NCBI GenBank assembly: GCA_963765495.1
Contig: CAVXWP010000004.1
Span: 128,001 to 192,000 of the forward strand
DNA: 64,000 bases
Source: Blastocatellia bacterium
GTDB taxonomy: Bacteria; Acidobacteriota; Blastocatellia; UBA7656
Direction of reading: 5' to 3'
This document shows, piece after piece, positions 49,452-59,532 of the stretch. The notes under the pieces are model-generated. The model saw nothing but the letters and a program-made list of their open reading frames with translations. It had not been told where the DNA came from and made no database searches. Position 1 is the stretch's first letter, and each line of letters starts with the position of its first letter. Position numbers and translations under genes: made by a program.

Positions 49452-49549
49452 TGTAGGGGCAGGGCTTGTCCCTGCCCGAATCGCGCTTACGCGCGATGGC
49501 AGTCATCGCCCTTCGGGCGATCCGGGCAGGGACAAGCCCTGCCCCTACA
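49452..49549. repeat. REPIN: inverted pair of GTAG-family REP sequences
   Basis: Perfect 27-bp IR TGTAGGGGCAGGGCTTGTCCCTGCCCG with two small internal hairpins. Confidence 0.85.
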
Positions 49550-49770
49550 ATACATGTCAAGCTACTTTGCTATGGCCCTGAATTCCCGTCCAGGGCAGTT
49601 TGAAGGCCGGGTGGGACGCAGGCGTCGTGCCACTTGCAAACAGCCCCGCCGATTCTCACATAATCTTTCGTATTCCGAGCACTGCGTGTACAATAACAAG
49701 TTCTTATTGCGGTGTGAGAGCCGGCCTTGCGGGTTTCGGCACGCCGACCGGGTAGCTTTGGAGGTAAAGG

Positions 49771-50913
49771 ATGAATTTCGAGCTTAATGAAGAGCAGCAA
49801 CAGATAAAGCACTCCATACGCGAATTCGCCGAGGCCGAGCTTGGGCCTCACGTTCTGGAGTGGGACGAGTCGCAGCATTTCCCTATAGAATTACTGCCCA
49901 AGTTTGCCGAGCTTGGAATCACGGGCGTGATGTTCCCCGAAGAGTACGGGGGCGCAGGGATGGGTTATGTCGAGTATGCGACCATTATCGAAGAGCTGGC
50001 TCGCGTTGACCCTTCGATAGGGCTCTCGATTGCCGCTCATAATTCGCTCGGAGCCGGTCACGTCTATCTGGCGGCAAACGATCAGCAAAAAGAGAAATAC
50101 CTCGCACCCATGGCTCGCGGCCAGTATCTGGGAGCCTGGGGACTTACCGAGCCAAGCTCGGGGTCGGATGCGAGTTCAATGCGTACCGCCGCTGTCCGGC
50201 GAAACGGCGGATGGGTGTTAAGCGGTTCGAAAAACTTCATCACAAACGCTACCTTTGCCGGAATCACCGTGGCCCTCGCCATCACGGACAGAACCGCCGG
50301 GACTCACGGCATCTCGGCTTTTATCGTAGAGCGCGCGACAAAAGGATTTTCAATTGCAAAGAAAGAGAACAAACTCGGCATGCGCGCAAGCGACACGGCG
50401 GCGCTCGTCTTTGATGACTGCTTTATCCCGGACTCGAATCTGATAGGCGAGCCGGGACAGGGTTTTATTCAGGCCATGCGCGTGCTCGACGGCGGGCGCA
50501 TCTCGATTGCGGCGCTCGCAATAGGCATAGCTCAGGGCGCATACGAAGCGGCATTGAAATATTCCAAAGAGCGCTATCAATTTGGCAGACCCATTGCCGA
50601 ATTTCAGGCCATTCAGTTCAAACTCGCAGACATGGCCACGCAGATTGAGGCCGCACGGTTGTTAACCCTTCGCTCGGCGGCGCTCAAGGATCAGGGCAAG
50701 GTGACTACAAAAGAATCGTCTATGGCCAAGCTCTATGCCAGCGAAGTGGCTGTGCGGGTCGCCGAAGAGTCGGTTCAGATTCACGGCGGTTACGGTTATA
50801 TAAAGGACTATCCGGCTGAGAAATTCTGGCGCGATTCAAAGCTTTGCACCATTGGCGAAGGCACGAGCGAAGTGCAACGCATTGTGATCGCCCGACAGCT
50901 TTTGAGGGGATAA
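49771..50913 (+). CDS. Acyl-CoA dehydrogenase
   Basis: LTEP..GSD, G.K.FITN, KLGMR.S.T, R.QFG, Q.HGG.GY, I.EGT.E.QR. Confidence 0.95.
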   Translation: MNFELNEEQQQIKHSIREFAEAELGPHVLEWDESQHFPIELLPKFAELGITGVMFPEEYGGAGMGYVEYATIIEELARVDPSIGLSIAAHNSLGAGHVYLAANDQQKEKYLAPMARGQYLGAWGLTEPSSGSDASSMRTAAVRRNGGWVLSGSKNFITNATFAGITVALAITDRTAGTHGISAFIVERATKGFSIAKKENKLGMRASDTAALVFDDCFIPDSNLIGEPGQGFIQAMRVLDGGRISIAALAIGIAQGAYEAALKYSKERYQFGRPIAEFQAIQFKLADMATQIEAARLLTLRSAALKDQGKVTTKESSMAKLYASEVAVRVAEESVQIHGGYGYIKDYPAEKFWRDSKLCTIGEGTSEVQRIVIARQLLRG

Positions 50914-50914
50914 C

Positions 50915-51009
50915 GCGAAGCGTGATGCGTGATGCGTGACTTTCAGGCAGATGGCTGATAACAGGAAATTGCCTCCATCACGCTTCACGCTTCACGCTTC
51001 ACGCTTCAC
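50915..51009. repeat. Inverted heptamer tandem repeat element (GTGATGC)n ... (TCACGCT)n
   Basis: Directly visible; same family as 37337-37446. Confidence 0.88.
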
Positions 51010-51018
51010 CAACCACGC

Positions 51019-51960
51019 ATGACGATTTCGGAAAAGATCATAAGCGGAGACAAGCGTTTCATCGGACGCGCCATCAGCATGGTCGAAGACCTCCGCCCCG
51101 ACGCCGCCGAGTTGCTCAAAGAGATTTATCCTCACACGGGCCGCGCTCTCGTCATAGGGATAACGGGGGCTCCCGGCGCGGGCAAGAGCACTCTCGTTGA
51201 CCGACTGGCCGCACATTATCGCGGGCTTGATGAAAAGGTGGGCATCATCGCCGTTGATCCTTCGAGCCCCTTCACCGGAGGCGCGATCTTAGGCGACAGG
51301 ATTCGCATGCAGGGTATGGCCACCGACCCGGGCATCTTTATCCGCAGCATGGCTGCTCGCGGCCATCTCGGCGGACTCGCGCGCGCGACGGTCGATGCGG
51401 TAGCGATACTGGATGCCGCCGGGTATAATAAAGTGATTGTCGAAACGGTCGGCGTGGGACAGGACGAAGTTGATATTGTGAAGACGGCTGATGTTACCGT
51501 GGTAGTGCTCGTCCCCGGAATGGGCGACGACATTCAGGCCATAAAGGCAGGGATAATGGAGATCGGCGATGTCTTCGCCATCAACAAGGCCGACCGCGAC
51601 GGGGTGTTAAGGACCGAGCGAGAGCTTGAATCGCTGCTTTCGATCTCGGAAAGGCCCGATGGTTGGAAGCCCCAAATAGTCAAGACGATTGCGACCGAAG
51701 ATAATGGGATTGACAGGCTGGCTGAGGCGATTCATGGTTACGCAGATTTCGTAGCATCGAATCAGGAGCGGGGCGAAGACAGGCGCGCAAGCGTAGCCGA
51801 GCACCGGATAATTGAAATGCTCCGCGACAGGCTTCTGAGGCTGGCTCTTGAAAAAGCAGTGAACCGGGACGAGTTGCGTGCGCTGGCACAGTCGGTGGCC
51901 GATCGCCGCCGCGATCCCTACTCGGCAGTCGACGAGATTATCGCGCGACTCGGTATTTAG
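51019..51960 (+). CDS. meaB: Methylmalonyl-CoA mutase-associated GTPase MeaB/ArgK
   Basis: GAPGAGKST, VDPSSP..GGAILGDR.RM, ETVGVGQ, NKAD. Confidence 0.95.
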   Translation: MTISEKIISGDKRFIGRAISMVEDLRPDAAELLKEIYPHTGRALVIGITGAPGAGKSTLVDRLAAHYRGLDEKVGIIAVDPSSPFTGGAILGDRIRMQGMATDPGIFIRSMAARGHLGGLARATVDAVAILDAAGYNKVIVETVGVGQDEVDIVKTADVTVVVLVPGMGDDIQAIKAGIMEIGDVFAINKADRDGVLRTERELESLLSISERPDGWKPQIVKTIATEDNGIDRLAEAIHGYADFVASNQERGEDRRASVAEHRIIEMLRDRLLRLALEKAVNRDELRALAQSVADRRRDPYSAVDEIIARLGI

Positions 51961-52034
51961 CGAGTTGTCCCTCGTTGTTAAGAGTTGATTGCAAAGGGCA
52001 ACCGATAAGGGATAACTGACAACTAAAGGGATTT

Positions 52035-52448
52035 ATGAAAATAGACCATTTAGGAATAGCAGTTCGCTCGATTCAGGACTCGCTCGCCTTTTACCGTGAC
52101 ATGCTCGGGCTTGAACTCTCAGGCCAGGAAACGGTAGAAGACCAGGGCGTACACGTAGCGCTTCTGCCTGCGGGCGAGGCGCGAATCGAGCTTCTGGAGC
52201 CGATTTCAGACGATACTACGGTGGGCCGCTTTATCGCTAAACGCGGAGAAGGACTGCATCATATTTGCTATGAGGTCGAAGACCTGCAATCCAGATTGGA
52301 AAAGCTCAATTCGCAGGGCGCGCGGTTGCTCGATGGTTATCCGCGACGCGGCGCTGAGGGCAAACTTGTTGCCTTTCTGCACCCGGCGAGCGCTAACGGC
52401 GTTCTCGTCGAACTGGTTGAAAAGGCGAGGATACCGGAAGGAGATTAA
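52035..52448 (+). CDS. mce: Methylmalonyl-CoA epimerase
   Basis: DHLGIAV, IELLEP, GEGLHHI, FLHP....GVL.ELV. Confidence 0.94.
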   Translation: MKIDHLGIAVRSIQDSLAFYRDMLGLELSGQETVEDQGVHVALLPAGEARIELLEPISDDTTVGRFIAKRGEGLHHICYEVEDLQSRLEKLNSQGARLLDGYPRRGAEGKLVAFLHPASANGVLVELVEKARIPEGD

Positions 52449-54062
52449 ATGACAACCAATTCAGATTCGGATGAGAACTTAAAACCCGAAGCAGATTCGT
52501 CATCAGACGAATCTGTCAGAGATGAATTCGCCACTACCCCCCTGGCTAAAACCGAGACCAGCGATTTGCCGGAGACGACCGACGCCAAAGCCGAGCCAAC
52601 AGCCGAAGTCGAAACCGAGCCGATAGCTGAGGCCGAGGCCGAGCCGACAGCCGAAGTCGAAACCGAAACGACAACCGAGGCCGAGGAGTCGGATGAGGTG
52701 AAAGCCGTGGCCGAGGAAGAGGCATCATCCGAGGCCGATGACGACGAGGTTTCGGCTGATACTCCCTCGCAGGGCGAGATTGTGAGCAAGGCCCCAAAAC
52801 GCAAGGCCGCAAAGTCGAATTCTGTTTCGGGGAAAGTGATTGCCGCCGTCCTGGTCGTGGTAGCGCTGGCAGGCGGCGGGTTGTGGGCGCAGTGGTCGTC
52901 TTCATCGTCCGGGTCTGTAAGCCTCTCTTCGGCGGATATGGAGATTCTGGTCAATGAGTTGTTCCCGCCCGCGCAGCAAAGCCAGCTCGCATCAGACCCG
53001 GAACAGAAAGGGAAGCTCGTCAAGAACCTCAGACAGATTCTTGCCGTGGCTCAATATGCCGACCAGCACGAGGGCTACGGCAAAAAACCCGAGGTCAAAT
53101 CTCAGATAGACCTTCAATCCGATCTCGTCCTGCGCGAAGCCTACATGAAAAAGAATCCCGGCGCGCAGATGAGCGACGATGAGGTCAACGCATACTTTCA
53201 GGCGCATCCGAATGAATTCAATGAGTTCCTTGATGCCAACCCGCAATACAAACAACAGGCACAGGGGCCGCAGGGCGAGAAGATCAAACGGCAGTACGGC
53301 GAGATAAAGGCGATGGCCGAAAAGGCGCGCAAAGAAGGCATCGATAAAGACCGGGCAACCCAGATACGGCTTCTTCTGGAACGCAGCCAGACGCTTTTTC
53401 AAGCATACATCTCCGATTATAACAAGAATATGGAGAAGCAGAGCACGGACGCCGAAATCGAGCAATATGTAAGAAATCATCAGGACAAGCTCAGACACGT
53501 GCGCCATATCCTTATCAGCACACAGGCACAGGGGCCGGAAGCCGAACCCGATCAGGACAAAGATAAGGCTGCCGCCAAAGGCAAAAAGGAAGAGAAACCC
53601 AAGCAGTTGACCGATGAAGAGGCTCGACAGAAGGCTCAGTCCGTTCTCGACCGTCTTCACAAGGGTGAGAATTTCGCCACACTTGCGAGCGAGTATTCCG
53701 ATGACCAGGGCTCAAAGACAAAGGGCGGAGACCTTGGGTTTGTGACCGAAGACGACCCGCTTGTCCTCGAGTTCAAAAAGGTGGCCTTATCGCTTGAGCC
53801 CGGACAGATGAGCGATCTGGTCAAGACCGAATTCGGTTATCACATAATCAAGGTCGATCCGGTCGATCAGTCGCTTCTGAGCGATCCTGAAACAAAGGAG
53901 AAAATCTCGCAAGAGATCACGAGAGACAAGATCGAGGCACACATAAACGAGATCGTCGCCAACAGTAATGTTCAGGTAGCGGAAAACTTCGAGATAAAAC
54001 CGCAGCCGGCAATGCCTCAGATTATGCCCTCGGTCACTCCGCAGACTCCGCCAACCCACTGA
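52449..54062 (+). CDS. Membrane-anchored parvulin-type peptidylprolyl isomerase (PrsA/SurA-like)
   Basis: HILI, F..LA..YS.D.GS...GGDLG, V.T.FGYHII; one TM segment after an acidic N-terminus. Confidence 0.88.
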   Translation: MTTNSDSDENLKPEADSSSDESVRDEFATTPLAKTETSDLPETTDAKAEPTAEVETEPIAEAEAEPTAEVETETTTEAEESDEVKAVAEEEASSEADDDEVSADTPSQGEIVSKAPKRKAAKSNSVSGKVIAAVLVVVALAGGGLWAQWSSSSSGSVSLSSADMEILVNELFPPAQQSQLASDPEQKGKLVKNLRQILAVAQYADQHEGYGKKPEVKSQIDLQSDLVLREAYMKKNPGAQMSDDEVNAYFQAHPNEFNEFLDANPQYKQQAQGPQGEKIKRQYGEIKAMAEKARKEGIDKDRATQIRLLLERSQTLFQAYISDYNKNMEKQSTDAEIEQYVRNHQDKLRHVRHILISTQAQGPEAEPDQDKDKAAAKGKKEEKPKQLTDEEARQKAQSVLDRLHKGENFATLASEYSDDQGSKTKGGDLGFVTEDDPLVLEFKKVALSLEPGQMSDLVKTEFGYHIIKVDPVDQSLLSDPETKEKISQEITRDKIEAHINEIVANSNVQVAENFEIKPQPAMPQIMPSVTPQTPPTH

Positions 54063-54084
54063 ACCGGCCCAAAGGATTTGAAGG

Positions 54085-54127
54085 GATGGATCGAGCGTTT
54101 ATAAAAACGCGCTCGATCCATCTTTTT
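54085..54127 (+). terminator. Intrinsic terminator
   Basis: 13-bp stem GATGGATCGAGCG/CGCTCGATCCATC followed by TTTTT. Confidence 0.7.
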
Positions 54128-54145
54128 GCCGGGGAAAATAGACCT

Positions 54146-54988
54146 ATGAAATTGGGAGCATACGAAATTGATGTAGTATCTGACGGCACGTTCGCCCTCG
54201 ACGGGGGCGCTATGTTCAGCGTCGTCCCTCGTGTCTTGTGGGAACGGTATTTCCGGCCCGACGATCAGAACCGCATCCGGCTCGGCCTCAATTGCCTGCT
54301 CGTTCGCACAGGTCGTGAAAACGTTTTGATAGACACGGGAATGGGGCGAAAGTGGGATGCTCGGTCGCGCGAAAGATACGGCGTAACAGATGAGACAGAC
54401 TTAATCAGCGAGATTCAAAAACGAGGACTCGCGCCCGAAGATATCGATATAGTCATAAATACTCATCTTCATTTCGATCACGCGGGGACAAATACGATTG
54501 CTCGGAACGGGCGAGTGGAACCTGCATTCCCACGCGCTCGATATTTCGCTCAGAGAGGCGAACTCGAACACGCTCGGTCCCCGCACGAGCGCGACCGCGC
54601 AAGTTATGTTGATGCGGATTTCACCCCCGTAGTCGAAGCCGGGCAATTCGAACTGATAGACGGCGACACCGAAATCGTCCGGGGCATTCGCGCATTGAAG
54701 GTCGCAGGGCACAACCGCGATCTCCAATGCGTCCGCATCGATTCGGAAGGCGAGACGGTCTTTTTCTTCGCCGACCTGTTGCCCACGACCGCGCATGTAT
54801 CGCCCGCCTGGGTCATGAGCTTTGATCTCTATCCGGTCGAAACGCTTGAACAGAAAAAGAGGTTAATCCCTCAGGCAATCGAAGAGAACTGGATTTGTGT
54901 TTTCTATCATTATCCCCATACGCCGATAGGGAGGATCAAAGAGCAGGGCGGAAAATACAGGGTCGAATCTGCTTTACAAGAATTATGA
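54146..54988 (+). CDS. MBL-fold metallo-hydrolase (YtnP-like)
   Basis: LDGGAMF.VVP..LW, THLHFDHAG, GH, ADL.PT. Confidence 0.92.
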   Translation: MKLGAYEIDVVSDGTFALDGGAMFSVVPRVLWERYFRPDDQNRIRLGLNCLLVRTGRENVLIDTGMGRKWDARSRERYGVTDETDLISEIQKRGLAPEDIDIVINTHLHFDHAGTNTIARNGRVEPAFPRARYFAQRGELEHARSPHERDRASYVDADFTPVVEAGQFELIDGDTEIVRGIRALKVAGHNRDLQCVRIDSEGETVFFFADLLPTTAHVSPAWVMSFDLYPVETLEQKKRLIPQAIEENWICVFYHYPHTPIGRIKEQGGKYRVESALQEL

Positions 54989-55064
54989 ATTTTGAGTTAT
55001 GAGTTTTGAATTTTAAGTTTCAGACTCCTCAAAATCCAAAACTCATAACTCAAAATTCAAAACT
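54980..55064. repeat. AT-rich inverted heptamer tandem repeat element
   Basis: TGAATTTTGAGTTATGAGTTTTG pairs with CAAAACTCATAACTCAAAATTCA. Confidence 0.85.
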
Positions 55065-55086
55065 AATTTTTCAGGAGGCATACAAA

Positions 55087-55959
55087 TTGTCACAGGCAAA
55101 GACAGGTGTGATAGGCGGAAGCGGGCTGTACAAGATGGATGCCCTTACCGATGTCGAAGAGGTTGAAATAGCAACACCGTTCGGCAAACCATCCGATGCT
55201 TTTATAGTCGGGAGCCTCGACGGCAACCGCGTAGCCTTTTTGCCGCGCCACGGTCGAGGTCATCACTTGCTGCCTACCGAGATACCGTTTCGCGCAAACA
55301 TCTACGCTATGAAATTGCTTGGCGTGGAGAGAATAATATCGGCAAGCGCGGTCGGCTCACTCAGAGAAGATGTGAAGCCGATGGATATAGTCCTGCCGGA
55401 TCAATTTTTTGATCGGACCCGCCATCGCATCTCCACTTTTTTCGGCGAAGGGATAGCCGCGCACGTAGCGATGGCCGACCCCGTATGCCACGATCTGTGC
55501 GATGTGCTTGAAAGCGTAGGTCGCCAGTCTCTCGAAGGCACAGACATTCATCGAGGCGGGACTTATCTGTGCATGGAGGGACCGGCATTTTCTACGCGGG
55601 CGGAATCGGAAGTCTATCGCTCGTGGGGGATGAAGATAATCGGCATGACGAACCTTCAGGAAGCAAAGCTTGCGCGCGAAGCCGAGATTTGCTACGCCAC
55701 GGTGGCGCTTGTGACCGATTACGACTGCTGGCACCCGGATCACGATTCGGTGACGGTCGATATGGTGATTGAGTATCTGAACAAAAATTCCGCAAACGCT
55801 CAACGGCTGATAGCAGGGGCGGTCAAGCGATTGGCCGACGAGGAGCGCGCGTGCAAATGCGGCGATTCTCTGCGATATGCTATCATTACGGCGCGTGAAA
55901 AGATCGCTCCAGAAACCCGGAATCGGCTCGAAGCGATCATCGGTAAATATGTAAATTGA
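55087..55959 (+). CDS. mtnP: S-methyl-5'-thioadenosine phosphorylase
   Basis: GGSG, PRHG..H, EGP.FST.AES, GMT...EA.LA.E, TDYDCW; TTG start after AGGAGG. Confidence 0.94.
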   Translation: MSQAKTGVIGGSGLYKMDALTDVEEVEIATPFGKPSDAFIVGSLDGNRVAFLPRHGRGHHLLPTEIPFRANIYAMKLLGVERIISASAVGSLREDVKPMDIVLPDQFFDRTRHRISTFFGEGIAAHVAMADPVCHDLCDVLESVGRQSLEGTDIHRGGTYLCMEGPAFSTRAESEVYRSWGMKIIGMTNLQEAKLAREAEICYATVALVTDYDCWHPDHDSVTVDMVIEYLNKNSANAQRLIAGAVKRLADEERACKCGDSLRYAIITAREKIAPETRNRLEAIIGKYVN

Positions 55960-55976
55960 ACTTGAGAGGTTGTTTT

Positions 55977-56393
55977 ATGTCAGGCATGAAGTCTATTGCC
56001 GGAGCATTTGTTTTTATCCTGGCGGTCGGCTGTCTAGCAGCTCTCGCGCAGGGGCCTGCGCGCGGGCGAATAGAGGAGCCACGCGATCCCGAACTGGAAA
56101 TTACGGCGAGGCACAACCTTGATGTGGCGCGGTGGTATATCACCAAGCGCAAGGCATATCAGGGCGGCCTCGACCGTCTCAAAGAGATCGTAGAAACCTA
56201 TCCCGACTTCTCAGGCATGGATGAGGTCGTATATTGGATGGGAGAAGCTAACCTGAAACTGGATAAACCTGAAATAGCCGTTACCTTCTATAAGCAACTG
56301 GTAAAGGATTATCCTGAAAGCCAACTTGTAAAAAAGGCGCGAGAGCGCCTTGATGAATTGAAACAGGTGACAGAGAAAAGGGCCAGGAGCTGA
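55977..56393 (+). CDS. Short BamD/TPR-like exported protein
   Basis: Signal peptide; VA.WY....Y.G...R...I...YPD; L...YP.S. Confidence 0.7.
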   Translation: MSGMKSIAGAFVFILAVGCLAALAQGPARGRIEEPRDPELEITARHNLDVARWYITKRKAYQGGLDRLKEIVETYPDFSGMDEVVYWMGEANLKLDKPEIAVTFYKQLVKDYPESQLVKKARERLDELKQVTEKRARS

Positions 56394-56451
56394 AAGCCAG
56401 GAGCAAAGGGCCAGGGGCAAAGGGCTAGGGGCAAAGGGCTAGGGGCAAAGG
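56378..56451. repeat. 14-bp tandem repeat (GCAAAGGGCTAGGG-like, ~5 degenerate copies)
   Basis: Directly visible; overlaps the upstream stop codon. Confidence 0.8.
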
Positions 56452-56606
56452 ACCATTTAATTCCTGGAAAATTCTTAGCGTGCTAAGCGTGCTTTGCGGC
56501 TTTGCGAGAAATAGATAAACGCAAAGTCGCAAAGCGCGCTATGTCTCACCGGGCAATCAGTGTTTTTTTGTCCTGCTCTTCACCCTGTCACCTGAGAGGA
56601 AAATCA

Positions 56607-57548
56607 ATGTCCATACTTGTCGTGGGGTCGGTGGCCTTTGACTCAATAAAGACACCTTTCGGAGAAAAAGAGCATATCATCGGCGGATCGGCGACCTATT
56701 TCAGCGTCGCCGCTTCTTTTTTTACAGACGTTCGCGTAGTGGCAGTAGTCGGAGACGACTTCGGGCCGGATGAGGAAGCCGTCTTCCGCGGGCGAGATAT
56801 AGATATTTCGGATCTGGAGCGGGTGACCGGTCAGCCGAGTTTCCATTGGAGGGGCGAGTACGGCTATGACCTCAACGTGGCCCACACGCTCGATACGCAA
56901 TTAAACGTCTTTGCTGATTTCAAACCAAAGCTTTCGGATGCAGCCCGCAAAGCGCCTTACCTCTTTCTGGGGAACATACAGCCGCAGTTGCAGGTCGAAG
57001 TGCGCGAGCAGGTTGGGGCTCGCGTAGTCGCCGCAGATACCATGAATTACTGGATAGAAAAGACGCCAGGTGAGTTACGCGAGATGCTCAGGCACATAGA
57101 TATTTTAATCATCAACGACACCGAAGCCAGAGAGCTTGCCGGGGAAGCAAACCTCGTGCGCGCTGCCCGGCGCGTGCTCACGATGGGGCCGAAACGCCTG
57201 GTTGTGAAACGCGGCGAATACGGCGCGGCGATGTTTACCGAGGATTCTTACTTCGCCACGCCAGCCTATCCGCTCGAAGAAGTGTTCGATCCTACGGGCG
57301 CGGGAGACAGTTTCGCGGGCGGATTTATGGGATACCTCGCCGCCACGCAGGTATCCGATGACGCCGCCTGCCGTCGGGCGATCATTTACGGCTCGGTGAT
57401 GGCATCCTTCAACGTGGAAGAGTTCAGTTGCGAGCGGATGCGTCGCCTGACCCACGACGAGATAAGCTCTCGTTTCCGTGAGCTTCTGGCGATCACACAT
57501 TTTGAAGAGGCAGAGATGCCGCGTCGTCTGGTCAGCAGCGCAGATTGA
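56607..57548 (+). CDS. PfkB family sugar/nucleoside kinase
   Basis: GGS..Y, IN..EA, VK.G..GA, DPTGAGDSFAGG. Confidence 0.93.
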   Translation: MSILVVGSVAFDSIKTPFGEKEHIIGGSATYFSVAASFFTDVRVVAVVGDDFGPDEEAVFRGRDIDISDLERVTGQPSFHWRGEYGYDLNVAHTLDTQLNVFADFKPKLSDAARKAPYLFLGNIQPQLQVEVREQVGARVVAADTMNYWIEKTPGELREMLRHIDILIINDTEARELAGEANLVRAARRVLTMGPKRLVVKRGEYGAAMFTEDSYFATPAYPLEEVFDPTGAGDSFAGGFMGYLAATQVSDDAACRRAIIYGSVMASFNVEEFSCERMRRLTHDEISSRFRELLAITHFEEAEMPRRLVSSAD

Positions 57549-57580
57549 GCGGGCAGATCGAGAGGAGAACTGCGCCGCAA

Positions 57581-57988
57581 TCATTCAGGCATACAGATTT
57601 TACAGGGCTTGAGGCCGCGTCTTATCGCGGCTTCTTCGCTGAGCGCGCTACGGTCACAGCTTGAGGGCAGATGTGTTGAGTTATGGTAAAATTCGCCGTC
57701 TCCCGCACACGAATAGACCAGCCGAACCGGTGCAGATAGCCGTTTGACTTCGGGGCCTTCGAGCTTTTTCACCTGCACGGCGGTTGTAGCCGCGTCAGCC
57801 GTCGTAATCACAGACGGCTTTTCAGCCGCCTGATTGTCGGCAGTTCCGGTCATCTCGGCTTTCAGATAACAGACGGCCACCCATCCGGCGACAAGCAGGA
57901 CGGTAAACGCTGTTAAAGAGACAAGTTTATTGATTATCAGCAGAGGGTGGGTACTGCGTAAAGGGCTTCTAGCTTGGAGGCCTGCCAC
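57581..57988 (-). CDS. Membrane-anchored hypothetical protein with C-terminal Zn-binding motif
   Basis: TM segment; YH.....C......EA..RGL.PC.IC.P; GTG start after AAGGAG. Confidence 0.65.
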   Translation of the reverse strand: MAGLQARSPLRSTHPLLIINKLVSLTAFTVLLVAGWVAVCYLKAEMTGTADNQAAEKPSVITTADAATTAVQVKKLEGPEVKRLSAPVRLVYSCAGDGEFYHNSTHLPSSCDRSALSEEAAIRRGLKPCKICMPE

Positions 57989-58128
57989 AGATTACGCTCC
58001 TTTCGAGTGCTTCAATAAGGTATCTTTGGAAGCGTGGAAGGTATCATGGCGAGATAATCGAGTCAAGTGATAATTTACACGAAAAGCCCGCGCCGGTCGG
58101 GCCGGAGTTTGCCGAGATGGTGAGCGAA

Positions 58129-58977
58129 ATGAGATTTACAAAGATACAAGCTCTGGGAAATGACTTCCTGATAATCCCGGTTGATGATGTAACCGCGCTT
58201 TCAAATCCAGGCGAGATGGCCAGAGAGATGTGTGGGCGCAATTACGGCGCGGGCGCTGACGGCATTGTATTTGTCGCGCGGTCTCAGAATCAGGCGGCCG
58301 ATTTCACATCACGCATCTTCAACGCCGATGGAAGCGAAGCCGAAATTTCAGGCAATGGAACCCGGTGCGTGGCCGCATATGTCTATCACTCGGATTTGTG
58401 GAACGGGCCGAGCGTCAGAATAGAGACGGTGGTGGGGGTAAAAGAAGGCCGTCTGGCCGGACGTGAAGCCACGCGCTTCGAGTTCGAGTTCGATATGGGA
58501 GAGCCGCGATTTTCGAGCCTTGACCTGCAAATGACGCTTGATGAACCGCTCGCTGAGGTTGTCGGCTTTCCGCTCAAAGTCGGCCAGAACACTTTCGAAG
58601 TGACATGCGTTTCTATGGGAAACCCGCACTGTTCATTGTTTCTGCAAGGTACGCAAAGCATCAATCCCGATGAGACAGGCCCGCGCATCGAAAACCACCC
58701 GCTCTTTTCAAATCGCACAAACGTAGAGTTTGTAAGAGTGATCTCGCCCGATGAGATCGAAGTCTCATTCTGGGAGCGCGGGGTCGGGCGCACGCTCTCT
58801 TCCGGGACAGGCTCAAGCGCAGCTTCGGTAGCCGCTATGTTGAACAACCTCACCGGGCGCGACATCCGTGTGCGCACACCGGGCGGCAACCTCAGAGTCG
58901 AATGGCGCGCCGATAACAGGGTGATGCTCACAGGCGAGGCGGAAGTGATCTATGAAGGGCGCTGGTTGAAAGCGTGA
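58129..58977 (+). CDS. dapF: Diaminopimelate epimerase, Ser/Ser active-site variant
   Basis: GNDF, GADG, N.DGS.AE.SGNG.RC, GNPH, TNVEF, ERG.G.TLSSGTG. Confidence 0.9.
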   Translation: MRFTKIQALGNDFLIIPVDDVTALSNPGEMAREMCGRNYGAGADGIVFVARSQNQAADFTSRIFNADGSEAEISGNGTRCVAAYVYHSDLWNGPSVRIETVVGVKEGRLAGREATRFEFEFDMGEPRFSSLDLQMTLDEPLAEVVGFPLKVGQNTFEVTCVSMGNPHCSLFLQGTQSINPDETGPRIENHPLFSNRTNVEFVRVISPDEIEVSFWERGVGRTLSSGTGSSAASVAAMLNNLTGRDIRVRTPGGNLRVEWRADNRVMLTGEAEVIYEGRWLKA

Positions 58978-59096
58978 TGCGCTCCACGATTACTATTGCG
59001 CATCAATGGTCGGGATAATATTATACTGAGCGGGCCTCGCGAGGTCTGGAGTTAATTATGCCTCTAGGACGCGGAGGCCGGTCAGGTGGGGGATCA

Positions 59097-59465
59097 ATGG
59101 CTTTTTGCCCAAACTGTGAAGCTGAGTACAAAGAAGGTATTAACGTTTGCCCTGATTGCAATATGGAGCTTGTCGCCGAGCTTACCGAAGCAAACAAGGT
59201 CCACGACACGAGCGATGGTGAACCCGTGGCGCTGCAATCTTTCAAGTCGAGCGCCGAGGCCGAAATGGTTCACGAAGTTCTCGCCTCAAATAATGTGCGT
59301 TCTTTTGTTCAGGGAGGCAATTTCGCTGTAATACCCGGCAGCTTTTCACAGGAAGTCGTCGTCATGGTTGACGAGCGAGACCTTCCACGCGCAATCGAAA
59401 TCTACGAAGCCTATTTCAACGCCGAATCATCTGCCCCTGAAGAAGAAACCGAAGACGAACAGTGA
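59097..59465 (+). CDS. DUF2007-like protein with N-terminal Zn ribbon
   Basis: FCP.C..EY......CPDC...LV; EA.....L....I/V; V.V...D...A. Confidence 0.8.
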   Translation: MAFCPNCEAEYKEGINVCPDCNMELVAELTEANKVHDTSDGEPVALQSFKSSAEAEMVHEVLASNNVRSFVQGGNFAVIPGSFSQEVVVMVDERDLPRAIEIYEAYFNAESSAPEEETEDEQ

Positions 59466-59532
59466 CGCCCGGCGCTCGTGATGAAAATCGAATCCCTGGC
59501 GACTCACTTCGTGGTTCTTGAGGGGGTCTGTC

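Noticed and set aside
51019-52448. meaB-mce without a mutase gene
   Set aside because: The mutase is commonly encoded elsewhere, so this is not unusual
37337-56451. Short repeat arrays as CRISPR
   Set aside because: Units are 7-14 bp, contiguous and lack unique spacers; no cas genes are present
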